From NCBI GenBank assembly GCA_963752595.1, contig CAVVYZ010000017.1, positions 192,001 to 256,000 of the forward strand: a stretch of DNA of 64,000 nt. Direction: 5' to 3'. Both the position numbers and the translations under genes were made by a program. Numbering within the stretch: position 1 is the first letter of the stretch; the number at the start of each line of letters is the position of its first letter. Shown piece by piece: positions 20,411-32,655 of this stretch. Under the pieces are notes generated by a model that saw only the letters and a program-made list of their open reading frames with translations, was not told the DNA's origin and ran no database searches. This stretch comes from an uncultured delta proteobacterium (GTDB lineage Bacteria > Desulfobacterota > Desulfomonilia > UBA1062).

Positions 20411-21121
20411 TCATCTTTGTTGCCTCTGCTCCGTTTCATATTCTGCGTGACTGGCCGAGGTAATGTAGACCATGGACAGCACGGCGAAAATATATGCCTG
20501 GATGAATCCGGTAAGCAGCCCGAGCACGTGCAGGAACACCGGCATGACGAGTGGGATTACGGTCAGCAGGATTGCGGCAATCTTTGTCTCTGACATGATG
20601 TTGCCGAAAAGTCTTACGGCAAGGGCCAGGATTCGCGTAATTTCACTGATGATATTGAAAGGCAGCATGAAGACCGAGGGCGTGGAGAAGGTTTTCAGGT
20701 AGGCAAGGAGGCCGCCGCTTCCGATCCCGTACAACGGAACAGCGACAAAGACGCAGGCGGCCAATGCCGTAGTGGTTGCAAGGGATCCCGTCGGGGGAAC
20801 GTATCCCGGAACGGTCATAAGCAGGTTCGACAGCGCGATGAAGAGAAAGAGCGCCCCGATGAATGAAAGGTATTTCTCGGCCTTTTCATGTGATATTTCC
20901 TCGATCTGGGACGAAAGGATATCCACTATGGATTCTACAAAATTCTGCCAGGAGCCGATCTCTTTTCCCACCGAAAGGCGTCGGGTGGCGAGCAGCGAAA
21001 TGATCACCAGTATCCCCATGGTGATCCAGGTGTAGAGGATCGTAGCATTGAACTTCAGCCATCCCATCTGCCAGAAGATGACGGCATCCGGTGTTATCTC
21101 GCTGATAGTCATGATATCCAT
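20411..21121 (-). CDS. atpB: N-ATPase a subunit
   Basis: PPTGSLATT, LPFNIISE.TR.LALAVRLFGNI, IQAYIFAVL. Start at 21121 or 21112. Confidence 0.93.
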   Translation of the reverse strand: MDIMTISEITPDAVIFWQMGWLKFNATILYTWITMGILVIISLLATRRLSVGKEIGSWQNFVESIVDILSSQIEEISHEKAEKYLSFIGALFLFIALSNLLMTVPGYVPPTGSLATTTALAACVFVAVPLYGIGSGGLLAYLKTFSTPSVFMLPFNIISEITRILALAVRLFGNIMSETKIAAILLTVIPLVMPVFLHVLGLLTGFIQAYIFAVLSMVYITSASHAEYETEQRQQR

Positions 21122-21423
21122 CGCGCCCCCCCGATATCTCCTTTCCTGCTTATCTTTGAAGGGGTTATGAAAAACAGAAGCAGTTGCCTTGCAATGAAAA
21201 AGCCTGTGATGCACGCGATGTATCCGGTCAGCCGGCCTTGGGAGACCAGGAAAAAAAGGACCAGAACGATACCGGCACGCACAACGAAACTGCCTATGAG
21301 GAAAAGGCCGGGTCTCTGCTTCGAACGTATACGCCTGACGGTGAGCATAAGACCCATAAAATAGCCGAATCCGGCTCCGACTCCTGTCAGGAATACGAGA
21401 AAGAGCGGTAAAGAATCATGCAT
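21109..21423 (-). CDS. atpR: N-ATPase AtpR subunit
   Basis: Hydrophobic 104 aa with YF.GL..TVRR and SFVVR, in the diagnostic position between atpQ and atpB. Confidence 0.85.
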   Translation of the reverse strand: MHDSLPLFLVFLTGVGAGFGYFMGLMLTVRRIRSKQRPGLFLIGSFVVRAGIVLVLFFLVSQGRLTGYIACITGFFIARQLLLFFITPSKISRKGDIGGARWIS

Positions 21424-21441
21424 AATCTATAGCGTTCCTTT

Positions 21442-21760
21442 CTATGCATCTCTTTTTGCTTTCCTGATCTTAAGCATTGCTTTCACCCAGAACCACGCGT
21501 TCAGGCAGCCGAGAGTAAGCCCGATAAAGAGCATCGTCAGGGTCCATGAATGCGTACCGGGCACCTTGGCATCCATCCATGTTCCGAGCGCGATCCCCAG
21601 GAGGGTTGGGATGGCGATTGACCATCCCACAAGCCCGATCATCCCCAAACCGTATATCAGGGTGATCTTACCGGCGCGTTCGGCTTTTTCCCGCCGTATC
21701 TTTTTGGTGTTAATCTGTCTGATGAACCCCTTTTCTCTCTTCTCCTTTTTTTCCTGGAAA

Positions 21761-21768
<8 letters not shown>
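21442..21768 (-). CDS. atpQ: N-ATPase AtpQ (AtpZ/AtpI family)
   Basis: GLGMIGLVGWSIAIPTLLG..LG.W.D, SWTLT, GCLNAWFWV. Confidence 0.88.
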
Positions 21769-23588
<1,820 letters not shown>

Positions 23589-24081
23589 TCATGAAAGAAT
23601 CCCAATGCACAAGGATTCGCATCATGATCAGGCCGTCCTATTACATCATCTTTAAGGCCGGCTCGCCTACTAGGCGTTTTCCGGAAAATGTATTCATCCC
23701 TTCATTGGATCAACATCAAGGGATCTCCCTGTACAAGAGGGTTTCCCCTAAAAGGCAGTAAGCGAGAAGGTCATTGATGACACGAAAGGTCTTCATAAAG
23801 AGAACCCGTTCTTAGATTCATGAATAGGGCTATACACAAGATTCTCAATTCTTTCCTGCCAGGCCGGGTTTTACTCTTCAGTGGCAGGTGATATTACTGC
23901 AGGTGCAGTTCTTTGACCCGAAACCTTCGGACCGGTAATCTTCCCGTACGGACATAGAGGATGTTTATTGCTTTCTTATGAAGGCCTGTTTCAAACGGAA
24001 TATCTGTTGCAATTCATTATACTCGAGAGTATATTATCAATGAGTTACAGTCACTTACATGATTATAAATTACTATAAGCA

Positions 24082-24095
24082 TTGATTGTTATCAA
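24082..24095. promoter_or_regulatory. FNR/Crp-family binding-site match
   Basis: TTGAT-TGTT-ATCAA in the AT-rich region upstream of atpD. An IHF consensus match TATCAA-TGAG-TTA lies at 24035-24047. Confidence 0.45.
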
Positions 24096-24396
24096 TCATT
24101 ATTGACACTCATATTATATATGTTCTACCTATCCATATAGGTAGCTTGCTTTACAGTTATATAGATTAATTTATTGCCACTTAAATATCTAACAAGCAAC
24201 ATAGCTATAAACTTTAACACTGTTTTCTTTCCTGTATCCTGAAATACAAAAGGTACGGTTTTTTCTTGATGCATGAAAAGGATTTTCGGAGCCTTACCGG
24301 TGTGTGCTCCGGTCTTCAAAGGAGCTCGTTCATATATCCCTGGGGTGTATATGCCGAGCCTCTCGAAAACAAAGAATTCATATATTCAGAAGAACG

Positions 24397-24421
24397 GGAT
24401 TCCCGCTTACACCGGAATGAC
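24397..24421. repeat. REP-like imperfect palindrome (GTCATTCCSG...GGGAATCC class)
   Basis: GGATTCCCGCTTACACCGGAATGAC; single copy in this window. Confidence 0.35.
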
Positions 24422-24559
24422 AGGGAGATTCCTGGATCATCTAGGCCGACATGACATATACACTTTTCCTGGAGGCGGAGAAAACCCGGTGATTTCCACC
24501 GGGTCGAACTCCCCCCACAAAGAGATGCTGAAATGGCCGGGTCGAGATTCTGATGTTCC

Positions 24560-25327
24560 TTACTGCCCGGCCAGTCGGCAGGTTTTATCGCCGTTTCCTC
24601 CAGATCTCAAGTCGTCTGAGCTCATGATGGCAATATCCTGGTCCTGCAGGAATTGCTTCATCTTCTGGAGCGATCTTACCTGGAGCTGTCTTACCCGCTC
24701 CTGGCTCAAACCAAGCTGCGAACCGATTTCCATGAGGGTAACAGGCGGGTCCGAATAGAACCGTTTCAGAATGATGAACAACTCCCTCCGTGTCAGCATC
24801 GTAAAGCCCTGCTGAAAGAGAAAAGATACCTGACGGGATATTTCTCTGCCGGAGTAGAGCGATTCCAGATCGAAATCATCAGTCAGATAATCCACCCAGC
24901 GATCAGTTTCGCTGGGATCGCCTGCTATGGTCTCATCAAGAGAAAGGAGATCTTTTGTATGTCGTAAGGTCCCCGTCCGGATCTTACTGCTTTTGCGGAT
25001 AAAATCCTTTATGGATGCCTCGATCCACCAAACGGCATAATAAATGAAGTGTACTCCGCGATCGGGATCGAACCGGGTAAGGGCTTTCATGAGGCCCAAG
25101 TTGCCTTCCTGGACGATCTCAAGGTAATTATGGCCGCTATTGAAATACTTCTGGCTTACCTTTACAACGAACCTCAAGTTTGCATGGATTATCTTTTGGC
25201 CAGCATGCACGTCACCCTGCTGGTACTGTTTCGCAAGTTTATACTCCTCTTCTGGCGTTAAGAGAGGGTATCTTCTTATTTTTCTTAAATACAGCTGTAA
25301 TTCTGAATAATCATGTCTGTTTGCCAT
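24560..25327 (-). CDS. atypical sigma70-family sigma factor (RpoH/sigma32-like, shortened region 3)
   Basis: Region 1.2 LQLYLRKIRRYPLLTPEEE; region 2 NLRFVVKV...QEGNLGLMKA..RFDPDRG..F..YAVWWI; region 4 TL.EIG..LGLSQERVRQL. Confidence 0.9.
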   Translation of the reverse strand: MANRHDYSELQLYLRKIRRYPLLTPEEEYKLAKQYQQGDVHAGQKIIHANLRFVVKVSQKYFNSGHNYLEIVQEGNLGLMKALTRFDPDRGVHFIYYAVWWIEASIKDFIRKSSKIRTGTLRHTKDLLSLDETIAGDPSETDRWVDYLTDDFDLESLYSGREISRQVSFLFQQGFTMLTRRELFIILKRFYSDPPVTLMEIGSQLGLSQERVRQLQVRSLQKMKQFLQDQDIAIMSSDDLRSGGNGDKTCRLAGQ

Positions 25328-27175
25328 ATATATTTACCTTTCCTGAAAGTAGCTTCACGGATTCTATGAGTTCTTCTGGTTGATGACTTTTACCATTTGC
25401 CTTATATCGCCTAATTGTTCGCCGGCCGGGGATAACCGTCTCGATGAGATGGGCTGTCTCCGGGTATGTCTCTTTTAATGCTTTCTCTATATGCTCAGCG
25501 GTGACCAGACGGGATTCTGAATAATCCTGTCCCTGCTCGATTACGTGTAACAGCTTCATGAGGTGCTTCTCGAAGTCACCCTTCAAGAACTGTGGATGAC
25601 TGCAGAGAGAAAGGATCGCGTGCCGTGCGGATATGTGGAAAAACTTCTTGCTGTTGAGCGTTCGTATTTTATCAAAGGACGGCTCTTTCGGTATCCTGCC
25701 GACTGCAAGTTCCTCCTTGTTGCATGGGCGTCCGACGAGATAGGGAAAGTCCGGGTCTACAAAAGAGAGAATGGAATATTCGCACGCACTGCCGGTTATT
25801 ATGATGGTTGTATTGAGGGGGGTTGCCCCGGATCCGGGCTTCCGGAAGCGAATGTGCCTCCATGCGGAACAGCATGGGTGAAGTTGAGTTCTTTTTGGGA
25901 GATACTACTTTTCAATAACTCCCAGAGATGGAACTGTCGCAGTATCCAGGATGCCTCCAGTATCAGGATCCCCCCATTGGCTTCATGCAGGGCACCGGCT
26001 TTTGCCATGGTAAAGTCTACCCGAGAAAGGGGAAGGGCCTTGGGAGACGAAGTACTGCAGCGTCCGAATAAGTCCTCGAACCCTGCATCCCTGGCAAAGA
26101 CCAGTGGACGGTGCCTCTTGTTTGCCCTGCTCACCAGGACATTTACCGTATAGGGTGAATACAGGCCTTCGCGGGAGGTACCCGCCTTGACTTCCAAGGG
26201 GGCGGGAAGAGAAGTTCCCTCTGCCGGCAAAGTGAAGATCTGGAGATTCCTAAGGATATCTTCCTCCACGTCCTCAAGATAAACGAGTATCCTCGGCATC
26301 TTGCGGTACTTTTTCCTGAGTCTGGCCATGAGAGGGGAAACCCCTTCCCTTGCCTTATCCTTGGTGAATGCATCGAGCTCTTCAGTGCACTTCTTCTTGA
26401 GCGACCTGATCCGGTCGCGGATGAGGCGGTAATCTACGGGTTGAGGCTGGTCGAAAATTGCAACAGCGCTGTTGGCTGCCGGTGTCCTTCCTATTCCGGA
26501 AAACGCTACAACCGGCTCGGTATAACTCTCCGCAATGGGGGCTTTCGATACCTCCCTTGTAATCCTATTATAGTTATAGAGAGATCCTCTGCTGAGGCTC
26601 TGGTAGAGAGGCCGGACAGCGGCCTGTTCCTGCTGGTCATAGCTCAGCATCAACATGTGAACCTTTTTCTGGAAATGATCCGAAAGCAGGATGTTTCGGA
26701 GTCGTTGCCGTGCTTCATCGATGAAGTGCTCCATCTCAGAAAGGAACCGGGGGCCTTCCCCTGCAGGAAGGGCAATGACCCTTGGCCGCGACTCTACCTG
26801 GAAGTTATGGACACAGCACCAATCGCAGGGTTCCGGAAGTGTCCTTCCAAGGAACTTTAAACCGTCGATGAACTCCCTGATGTAGGGAAGATGCTCTTTT
26901 TGAGAGAGGAGAAACAGGAAATCCGCTTCCTTTTCAAAGAGCTTAGTCCATTTCTGAGTAAAAAATTGAAGCGGGTATTGCGCTAATTTTCCGAAAATAT
27001 TGTATATTATTCCTGACAATTTATTCTTTCCCCTTATATATACTTGACTTGCGCCGAGCTGCTTTGCCTTTGCTTCCGGGCGCGGAGGATGATGGCTTGG
27101 ACCATGATAAACCTCCTTCTGCCGCGGAATCATTTTCCGCGTCCCAACGGATTTCGAGAAGGCTTCATGGAGCAT
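25311..27175 (-). CDS. degenerate LonB-like AAA protein (AAA_32-type) without protease domain; one frameshift at G6 ~25817-25822
   Basis: DWCCVHNF..RPRVIALPAGEG, Y.VNVLV, DLFGR, DFTM.KAGALHEANGGILIL. After a frameshift the reading continues PLNTTIIITG..YSIL..VDPDF into ORF 25311..25586 (VTAEHIEKAL). Start uncertain. Confidence 0.75.
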
Positions 27176-27194
27176 GACCGTCTCAATGGTCAAA

Positions 27195-27461
27195 TCAGTC
27201 GAATAATTCAGGGAAACTTTCCCTGACGTCACGAGGGTGCTTGAATTTGATCCGACCATGTAAAAACATGCTGGAGATCTTTTTGGCGATAAGCCTGTCC
27301 TGCGCCGGAATGGATTTCTCTTGGACAGATCGGGAAAAGCGAAAGCCTGAAGTATTGTCGATGCTCTCGCTGATAGCCTCCATGAGGTCATAGAGGGTGG
27401 TGGTGATTTCTACTGTTTTGCTCCTCGATCCTAATGAACTATAACCACTATGTATGCTCAT
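27195..27461 (-). CDS. small hypothetical protein (TTLYDLMEAI motif)
   Basis: Strong RBS AGGAGG before ATG 27461; 88 aa; first gene of the operon with the AAA protein and sigma factor. Confidence 0.7.
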   Translation of the reverse strand: MSIHSGYSSLGSRSKTVEITTTLYDLMEAISESIDNTSGFRFSRSVQEKSIPAQDRLIAKKISSMFLHGRIKFKHPRDVRESFPELFD

Positions 27462-27545
27462 AGTAAATCCTCCTATGGTCTCTGTTGATGTTCCGGGCAT
27501 TCATCTTTTTGTTCATGATGAAACCCATGCGTCACATCCTCTTTA

Positions 27546-27562
27546 TTCAAATGCTGTGCCGA
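27546..27562 (-). promoter_or_regulatory. sigma54-like promoter of the small protein / AAA / sigma operon
   Basis: Minus strand TCGGCACAGCATTTGAA (GG-N10-GA). Palindrome TGTCC-TGTGAAGCG-GGATA upstream at 27647-27665. Confidence 0.5.
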
Positions 27563-27958
27563 CATTGTGGAATAGAAATAAATCATACAAATCCAAAGAG
27601 ATAAAAAAGGAAGCTCTGAAATACAGATCTCCCACACACTGATTGCTGTCCTGTGAAGCGGGATAAGTCCTCTCTGATGAGAATCTCACTCGTGGTGATG
27701 CAAATTTGGCCCAATTCCCGACATGTTAGGCATATTGATCATGCATGTCTTTTTCTCATGTCTTTGTAATTATTAGATGCATCCGTTCTACCATCCGGCA
27801 TTTTGAAAACCGGTTCCTGTCTGAAGATTTTTAGAAATTATCAGTGTCGGTAGTAAAATAATGAGTGTGCGAACAATTACCGGTCAGTCCCAGGATACCC
27901 TCTCTTCAATGATTTTTTAAACCGGTTTTATTATTCCTGTGGTTCAGGGCAGCGCGGG

Positions 27959-28201
27959 TTACATGTGCCTTGAGAGATCATGTTTATGGAGCAGAGCATA
28001 CAATCTGGACCGGGACAGACCGGATATCCTGCATGCATTCGATACATCACCAGAGGTACATTTCATGAGTTCCATGAGATAAAAACGCTCCACCTCTGTA
28101 ATATACCGGCTACGGATCGGACGCAGCCGGGGAAGGTCGGGTGATGGCGACCGATTTACCTTTGTGAGGATCTGATTGAATGACGGCTTACGAATGTCCA
28201 T
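27959..28201 (-). CDS. stand-alone Fis-type HTH protein, paralog of the adjacent regulator's C-terminus
   Basis: ACRISGLSRSRLYALL is identical to the HTH of 28468..29871; no AAA or receiver domain. Confidence 0.7.
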   Translation of the reverse strand: MDIRKPSFNQILTKVNRSPSPDLPRLRPIRSRYITEVERFYLMELMKCTSGDVSNACRISGLSRSRLYALLHKHDLSRHM

Positions 28202-28214
28202 ACATCACAGCTAT

Positions 28215-28230
28215 AACAAGGTATATGCCA
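28215..28230 (-). promoter_or_regulatory. sigma54-like promoter upstream of the HTH gene
   Basis: Minus strand TGGCATATACCTTGTT (GG-N10-GT). IHF-like TATCAAATGGATA at ~28273-28285. Confidence 0.45.
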
Positions 28231-28467
28231 ACAGCATCATACCGAACGAAAAAAGATCAATTAATATAATTATATCAAATGGATAGAAGCATTAAAACTC
28301 TTCCGGAAGCATACAAAAATATGTGATGCCCGCTGTGCACTTTTCCTGTTTGCGAATACGAAAAGCAAAGGAGTTTCTTGATCAAGCAATGTTCTGCGGG
28401 CAAAACATCCCTGTTTCGGAAATCCTGTTTTTTAATAATAGGGTAATCTGGTCAGGAAACGGGAGGA

Positions 28468-29871
28468 TCAGGAGATCTCGTACCTTTTCAGCAGAGCATA
28501 AAGCCGCGAGCGGGAGAGTCCGGAAATCCTGCAAGCTGTCTTGATGTCGGACTTTGTCTGGCGCAGGAGCTCCTTGAGGTACTGCTCCTCGATCTCGCTC
28601 ACTGCCTCTTCCCGTACATCCTTGAGGTTGGGCAAACTGTTGTCTCCTGAAACTTTCAGGGTTTCGGGGTTAAGCTGCTTTTTGGCAGCGGCATTCCGCT
28701 TTACCTGGACATGGATGTGGTAGGGAAGGTGTTTCGGTACGAGGATCGGGCTGTCATGGGCTACGGCCAATGCGCTCTCAAGGGCATGGATGATCTCCCG
28801 GACGTTGCCGGGCCATGAGTACTGCAGAAGGATGTCGCGGAAGGCCGCACTGACTCGTTTCGGCTTTATCCCGTATTTTTTGCTGTGCCGCTTGAGATAA
28901 TGGTTGGTCAGCTCCTGGATGTCCTCGGGACGCTCTCTTAAAGGAGGCAGGTCGATACTGATGGACCTGAGCCTGAAGAGGAGATCCTTCCTGAACCTCT
29001 TGCTCTGCACCAGATCATTCAGATCACGATTCGTGGCGCAAATAACCCGGAAATCGCTTTCCACCTCGCTCGATTTACCGATGGGCCGGAAGCGTCCTTC
29101 CTGCAGGACGCGCAGGAATTTTTTCTGGATGGAAAGGGGAAGCTCTCCCACTTCATCCAGGAACAGGGTTCCCTTATGGGCCTGGCTTACCAAGCCGGGT
29201 TGGGCTTTATCGGCACCTGTATACGAGCCTTTCTCGTACCCGAAAAGAATGCTTTCCACGAGGTTGGGAGGGAGCGCGGCGCAGTCGACAACCACAAAAT
29301 CGTTCCCTGCCCGGAGCGAGTGATTGTGGATTGCCCGGGCAAAAAGCTCTTTGCCGGTGCCTGTCTCGCCGGTAATCAGGACACTCGCATCATTGGAAAG
29401 CGTCTTGCTCAAGAGCGTAAGGCATTTCTTCATCCCGGAGCTGTGCCCGAGAATCCCTTCCTTCTCGAAATCCAGTACCGTTTGGGGCAGGGTGTTGCTT
29501 TCGTGGTAGAGGATCGCATCTTTGAGAAGCTGCGTCAGATCATTCTTGGAAAAAGGCTTTTCTATATAATCCCATGCACCCCGGGAAAGTGCAAGTTCCA
29601 CAGACTCAGGATCGCCGTAGGCGGTTATGACGATTACCTCGGGGGATCCGCTGTTCCGGCAGACTTGAGGAAGAATATCGATGCCGTTTCCGTCCGGCAT
29701 GCGGACGTCAAGGAAGACGACATCATAGGCATCTGCCCGAACCGCATCGAGGCCCTCCTCGAGGGTAAAGGCCTGATTGCTGTTATATCCCAGGATGCGG
29801 GATACATTTGCAATAGAGCTGCAAACAAGCCTGTCATCATCGATTACGAGGATTTTTTTACGTTCTTCCAT
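28468..29871 (-). CDS. sigma54-dependent response regulator (NtrC family: REC-AAA-HTH)
   Basis: REC (VIDDD, LDVRMPDGNG); Walker A GETGTGKE; ESILFG.EKGSYTGA (GAFTGA variant); LFLDEVGE; FRKDLLFRL; WPGNVRE. Confidence 0.95.
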   Translation of the reverse strand: MEERKKILVIDDDRLVCSSIANVSRILGYNSNQAFTLEEGLDAVRADAYDVVFLDVRMPDGNGIDILPQVCRNSGSPEVIVITAYGDPESVELALSRGAWDYIEKPFSKNDLTQLLKDAILYHESNTLPQTVLDFEKEGILGHSSGMKKCLTLLSKTLSNDASVLITGETGTGKELFARAIHNHSLRAGNDFVVVDCAALPPNLVESILFGYEKGSYTGADKAQPGLVSQAHKGTLFLDEVGELPLSIQKKFLRVLQEGRFRPIGKSSEVESDFRVICATNRDLNDLVQSKRFRKDLLFRLRSISIDLPPLRERPEDIQELTNHYLKRHSKKYGIKPKRVSAAFRDILLQYSWPGNVREIIHALESALAVAHDSPILVPKHLPYHIHVQVKRNAAAKKQLNPETLKVSGDNSLPNLKDVREEAVSEIEEQYLKELLRQTKSDIKTACRISGLSRSRLYALLKRYEIS

Positions 29872-29893
29872 GCGTAATTCTCATAAGACTGTT

Positions 29894-32341
29894 TTATTGA
29901 AATGTAAAGCTTTCTCGGTTGAGCGCCCGGGCAATGGTTTCAGCCAGAAGGGATGTGGAAAAGGGCTTGGAAAGATAGGCAAAAAAACGGGCAGGACGAG
30001 ACTCAAGCTCCTGTAATGCCTCTTCCGATCCGGAACAGATAATGACGGGAAGGTCCTTACGGACCTCGATCATTTTCGAGGCCATTTCGTCGCCTTTTAT
30101 GACCGGCATGATCTGGTCTGTGATGAGCAGATCGAATGCCTCAGGTGTCTTCTGGAAAAGATCGAGGGCCTTGAGCGAGTCGTTCGTCGATGCGACGCGG
30201 TAACCCATCCGCACGAGCATATGGTGGATGCTGCGCAGCTCCATGGCATTGTCATCGACCAGGAGAACCCTTCCCTTGCGGTCTCCTCCGGGGTGGAGTA
30301 TTTCCGATGTGCGTTCACCCGAAGACTCTTCCCTCTCCCCGAGATGCTTCGGAAGGTATACCTCGAAGGATGATCCCTTCCGGGGCTTGCTGTGGACGAT
30401 GATGGAGCCTCCTGCATTCTTGACTACCGCGTGAACGACACCGAGGCCTAAGCCCGATCCCTTGCCGGACTTCTTGGTGGTGAAGAGCGGATCAAAGATC
30501 TGCTCCATGACTTCTGTGGTCATGCCGGAACCGGTATCTTTGATGGTGAGCTTCAGGTACTCCCCGGGACCCAGGATGGAAACTGATGCAGGGGTGGCGG
30601 TATGGATTTCGGTTTCCTCGAGCCTTACTGTAAGAGTGCCCTGTCCCTCTTCCATGGCCTGTACCGCATTCATGCAGAGATTGGTGAGGAGCTGGTAAAA
30701 CTGGGGCGGGTCGGTCCTCACAAGACCCTTGGTTGAGGCGATCTTCTGCCTAAGCGTGATGCGGGGAGGGAGGGATTGGCCGATGATCCTCAAGGCGTCC
30801 CGTACGACAGGTTCTATGGCAACGGGCTTGAAGAGCAACTTTTTTTTGACCCCGAACATTTTGATCTGGTTCGTGATATCCTTCCCGATCCGTGCCGCCT
30901 CGATTATCTGGTTGAGGTACTCCCGTTCAGGGGCATTCTGGGGAAGCGTATCAGCCACAAGCTCTGCATTGATGAGGATGGGTTGGAGGATATTGATGAA
31001 ATCATGGGCGATGCCTCCTGCAAGCATGCCGAGTGCCTCCATCCTTCTTTTGCGCTCAAGGGCATTCTGCAGGGCCCTTTCATCCGTAACATCGTGTTCG
31101 ATGATCGTATAATTCGTAATCTGTCCTCCATCATCGCCTATGGGAGAGATGATGATGTCCAGTTCACGCTTTGAGCCGTCATGACTCGTCCTCTTGATAA
31201 AGCCCCTCCATGGTTTGTCCCCGATCTCTTTTAAGGAGACTACGCCTTCGGGTGCATCATCAGGGGAGGCATGCTTTTCATATGGTTTGCCCGAAAGTTC
31301 TTTGCGGGCGATTCCAAGTGATCGTTCCGCCGCCGTGTTAAGGTACTGGATCATCCCTTTTGAATCGAGGATGAAAATACTCTCGGTGGAGTTTTCAATG
31401 GCTGATATGAGGAGCTTTTTTTCCTGTTCGGTTTTCCGGTAATCGGTAATGTCTACGGATATGCCTCCGATGAGCTTCGGGAAGGTATTCCCGAGGATGG
31501 GAAACTTCTGGGTGAAAAAAGAGAGGCGTCGACCTCTGGCGGAAAATTCTTCAACCCTCTGCAGGTCTTTCCCTGTGGTCAGAACTTCCCTGTCGTCTTC
31601 GTGAATAACCTGTGCAATCTCACCGGACCAGAGGTCGCCGGCGGTTTTGCCGATGCACTCACTGACTGTTACCCCATAAATGTCTTCTATGTAATGATTA
31701 AGGTACAGAAACCGGCCCTGCTCATCCTTGAGATAGACCATTCCCGGAAAATGATCCATGAAGAGGGAAAACTGTTCCTCGCTTTGCCTCAAATCTTCTT
31801 CCAGGCGTTTGCGCTCATCAATCTCAAGCTTCAGGCGCCGGTTGGTCCTCAGGAGCTGGGCGGTACGGCGCCGGACTTCCCGTTCCAGTGTCAGGTGGGC
31901 ATCCTGAAGCACGGCTTCGGCTTCATGTTTCAAAATCAAGTCTTTATGCCGCTGAATAGCATTGCCCAGCACCACGGGGAGCAAATCCGGATATGCATCG
32001 GAATCTTTTACGAGGTAATCGCAGATCCCTTCCTTGAGGGCTTTCACAATCTTTTTTGTCGAAGCCTGGGCGGTAATCAGAACAAGGGGGGGCAGGACGT
32101 TTCTTTTCTTCACCTTCCAGAAGAGTTCCAGCCCGGACAAATCAGGCAACCCAATGTCCGCAACTACAAGATCGAATGATTCATCGGGGTTCTTGAGGAT
32201 GGATAGTGCCTCATCTGCACGGGTAGACTCGATTATCTCGCAGGACAGGCTGCTTTTTTTCATGGCGAGCTGGAATACCAGGCGGTCATGATCGATGTTT
32301 TCAATGAGAAGGATGCGAAGCATGTTTTTCGGTGTAGTCAT
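29894..32341 (-). CDS. cytoplasmic hybrid histidine kinase (REC-PAS-PAS-HisKA-HATPase-REC)
   Basis: H-box LAGGIAHDFINIL, NLCMNAVQAM, DTGSGM, IFDPLFTTK, GSGLGL; two PAS/PAC domains; N- and C-terminal receivers; no TM helix. Confidence 0.93.
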   Translation of the reverse strand: MTTPKNMLRILLIENIDHDRLVFQLAMKKSSLSCEIIESTRADEALSILKNPDESFDLVVADIGLPDLSGLELFWKVKKRNVLPPLVLITAQASTKKIVKALKEGICDYLVKDSDAYPDLLPVVLGNAIQRHKDLILKHEAEAVLQDAHLTLEREVRRRTAQLLRTNRRLKLEIDERKRLEEDLRQSEEQFSLFMDHFPGMVYLKDEQGRFLYLNHYIEDIYGVTVSECIGKTAGDLWSGEIAQVIHEDDREVLTTGKDLQRVEEFSARGRRLSFFTQKFPILGNTFPKLIGGISVDITDYRKTEQEKKLLISAIENSTESIFILDSKGMIQYLNTAAERSLGIARKELSGKPYEKHASPDDAPEGVVSLKEIGDKPWRGFIKRTSHDGSKRELDIIISPIGDDGGQITNYTIIEHDVTDERALQNALERKRRMEALGMLAGGIAHDFINILQPILINAELVADTLPQNAPEREYLNQIIEAARIGKDITNQIKMFGVKKKLLFKPVAIEPVVRDALRIIGQSLPPRITLRQKIASTKGLVRTDPPQFYQLLTNLCMNAVQAMEEGQGTLTVRLEETEIHTATPASVSILGPGEYLKLTIKDTGSGMTTEVMEQIFDPLFTTKKSGKGSGLGLGVVHAVVKNAGGSIIVHSKPRKGSSFEVYLPKHLGEREESSGERTSEILHPGGDRKGRVLLVDDNAMELRSIHHMLVRMGYRVASTNDSLKALDLFQKTPEAFDLLITDQIMPVIKGDEMASKMIEVRKDLPVIICSGSEEALQELESRPARFFAYLSKPFSTSLLAETIARALNRESFTFQ

Positions 32342-32655
32342 CTGCTCTCACGTGCGCCCCTTTTTCTTAGTGCGTGTTTCGTCCTTTCCCTCATGGCCCG
32401 GCCGCTCACCTCTGATCTTTAAGAAAAACTTCTCCGGTATGAAGCATGATCCCCCTAAAGCTTTTATGGCCGGATGCCTGTCTGTACATACCATTCAATG
32501 TGTATATCAACCCTGAATGTTGCTGACCTGCGCTGGGTGCCGCTTCTGAAGTACGAAAGTTACCGCAAGATACGAATTTTCTGTCTCTATCACGGATCTT
32601 TCTTCATGGCAAAGGGAAAAATTGGACAATACAGATGGCTTTATCACCAAAGGAT

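Noticed and set aside
23996-24011. Plus-strand GG-N10-GC motif (CGGAATATCTGTTGCA)
   Set aside because: It has a poor -24 context, no convincing downstream gene and no palindrome partner.
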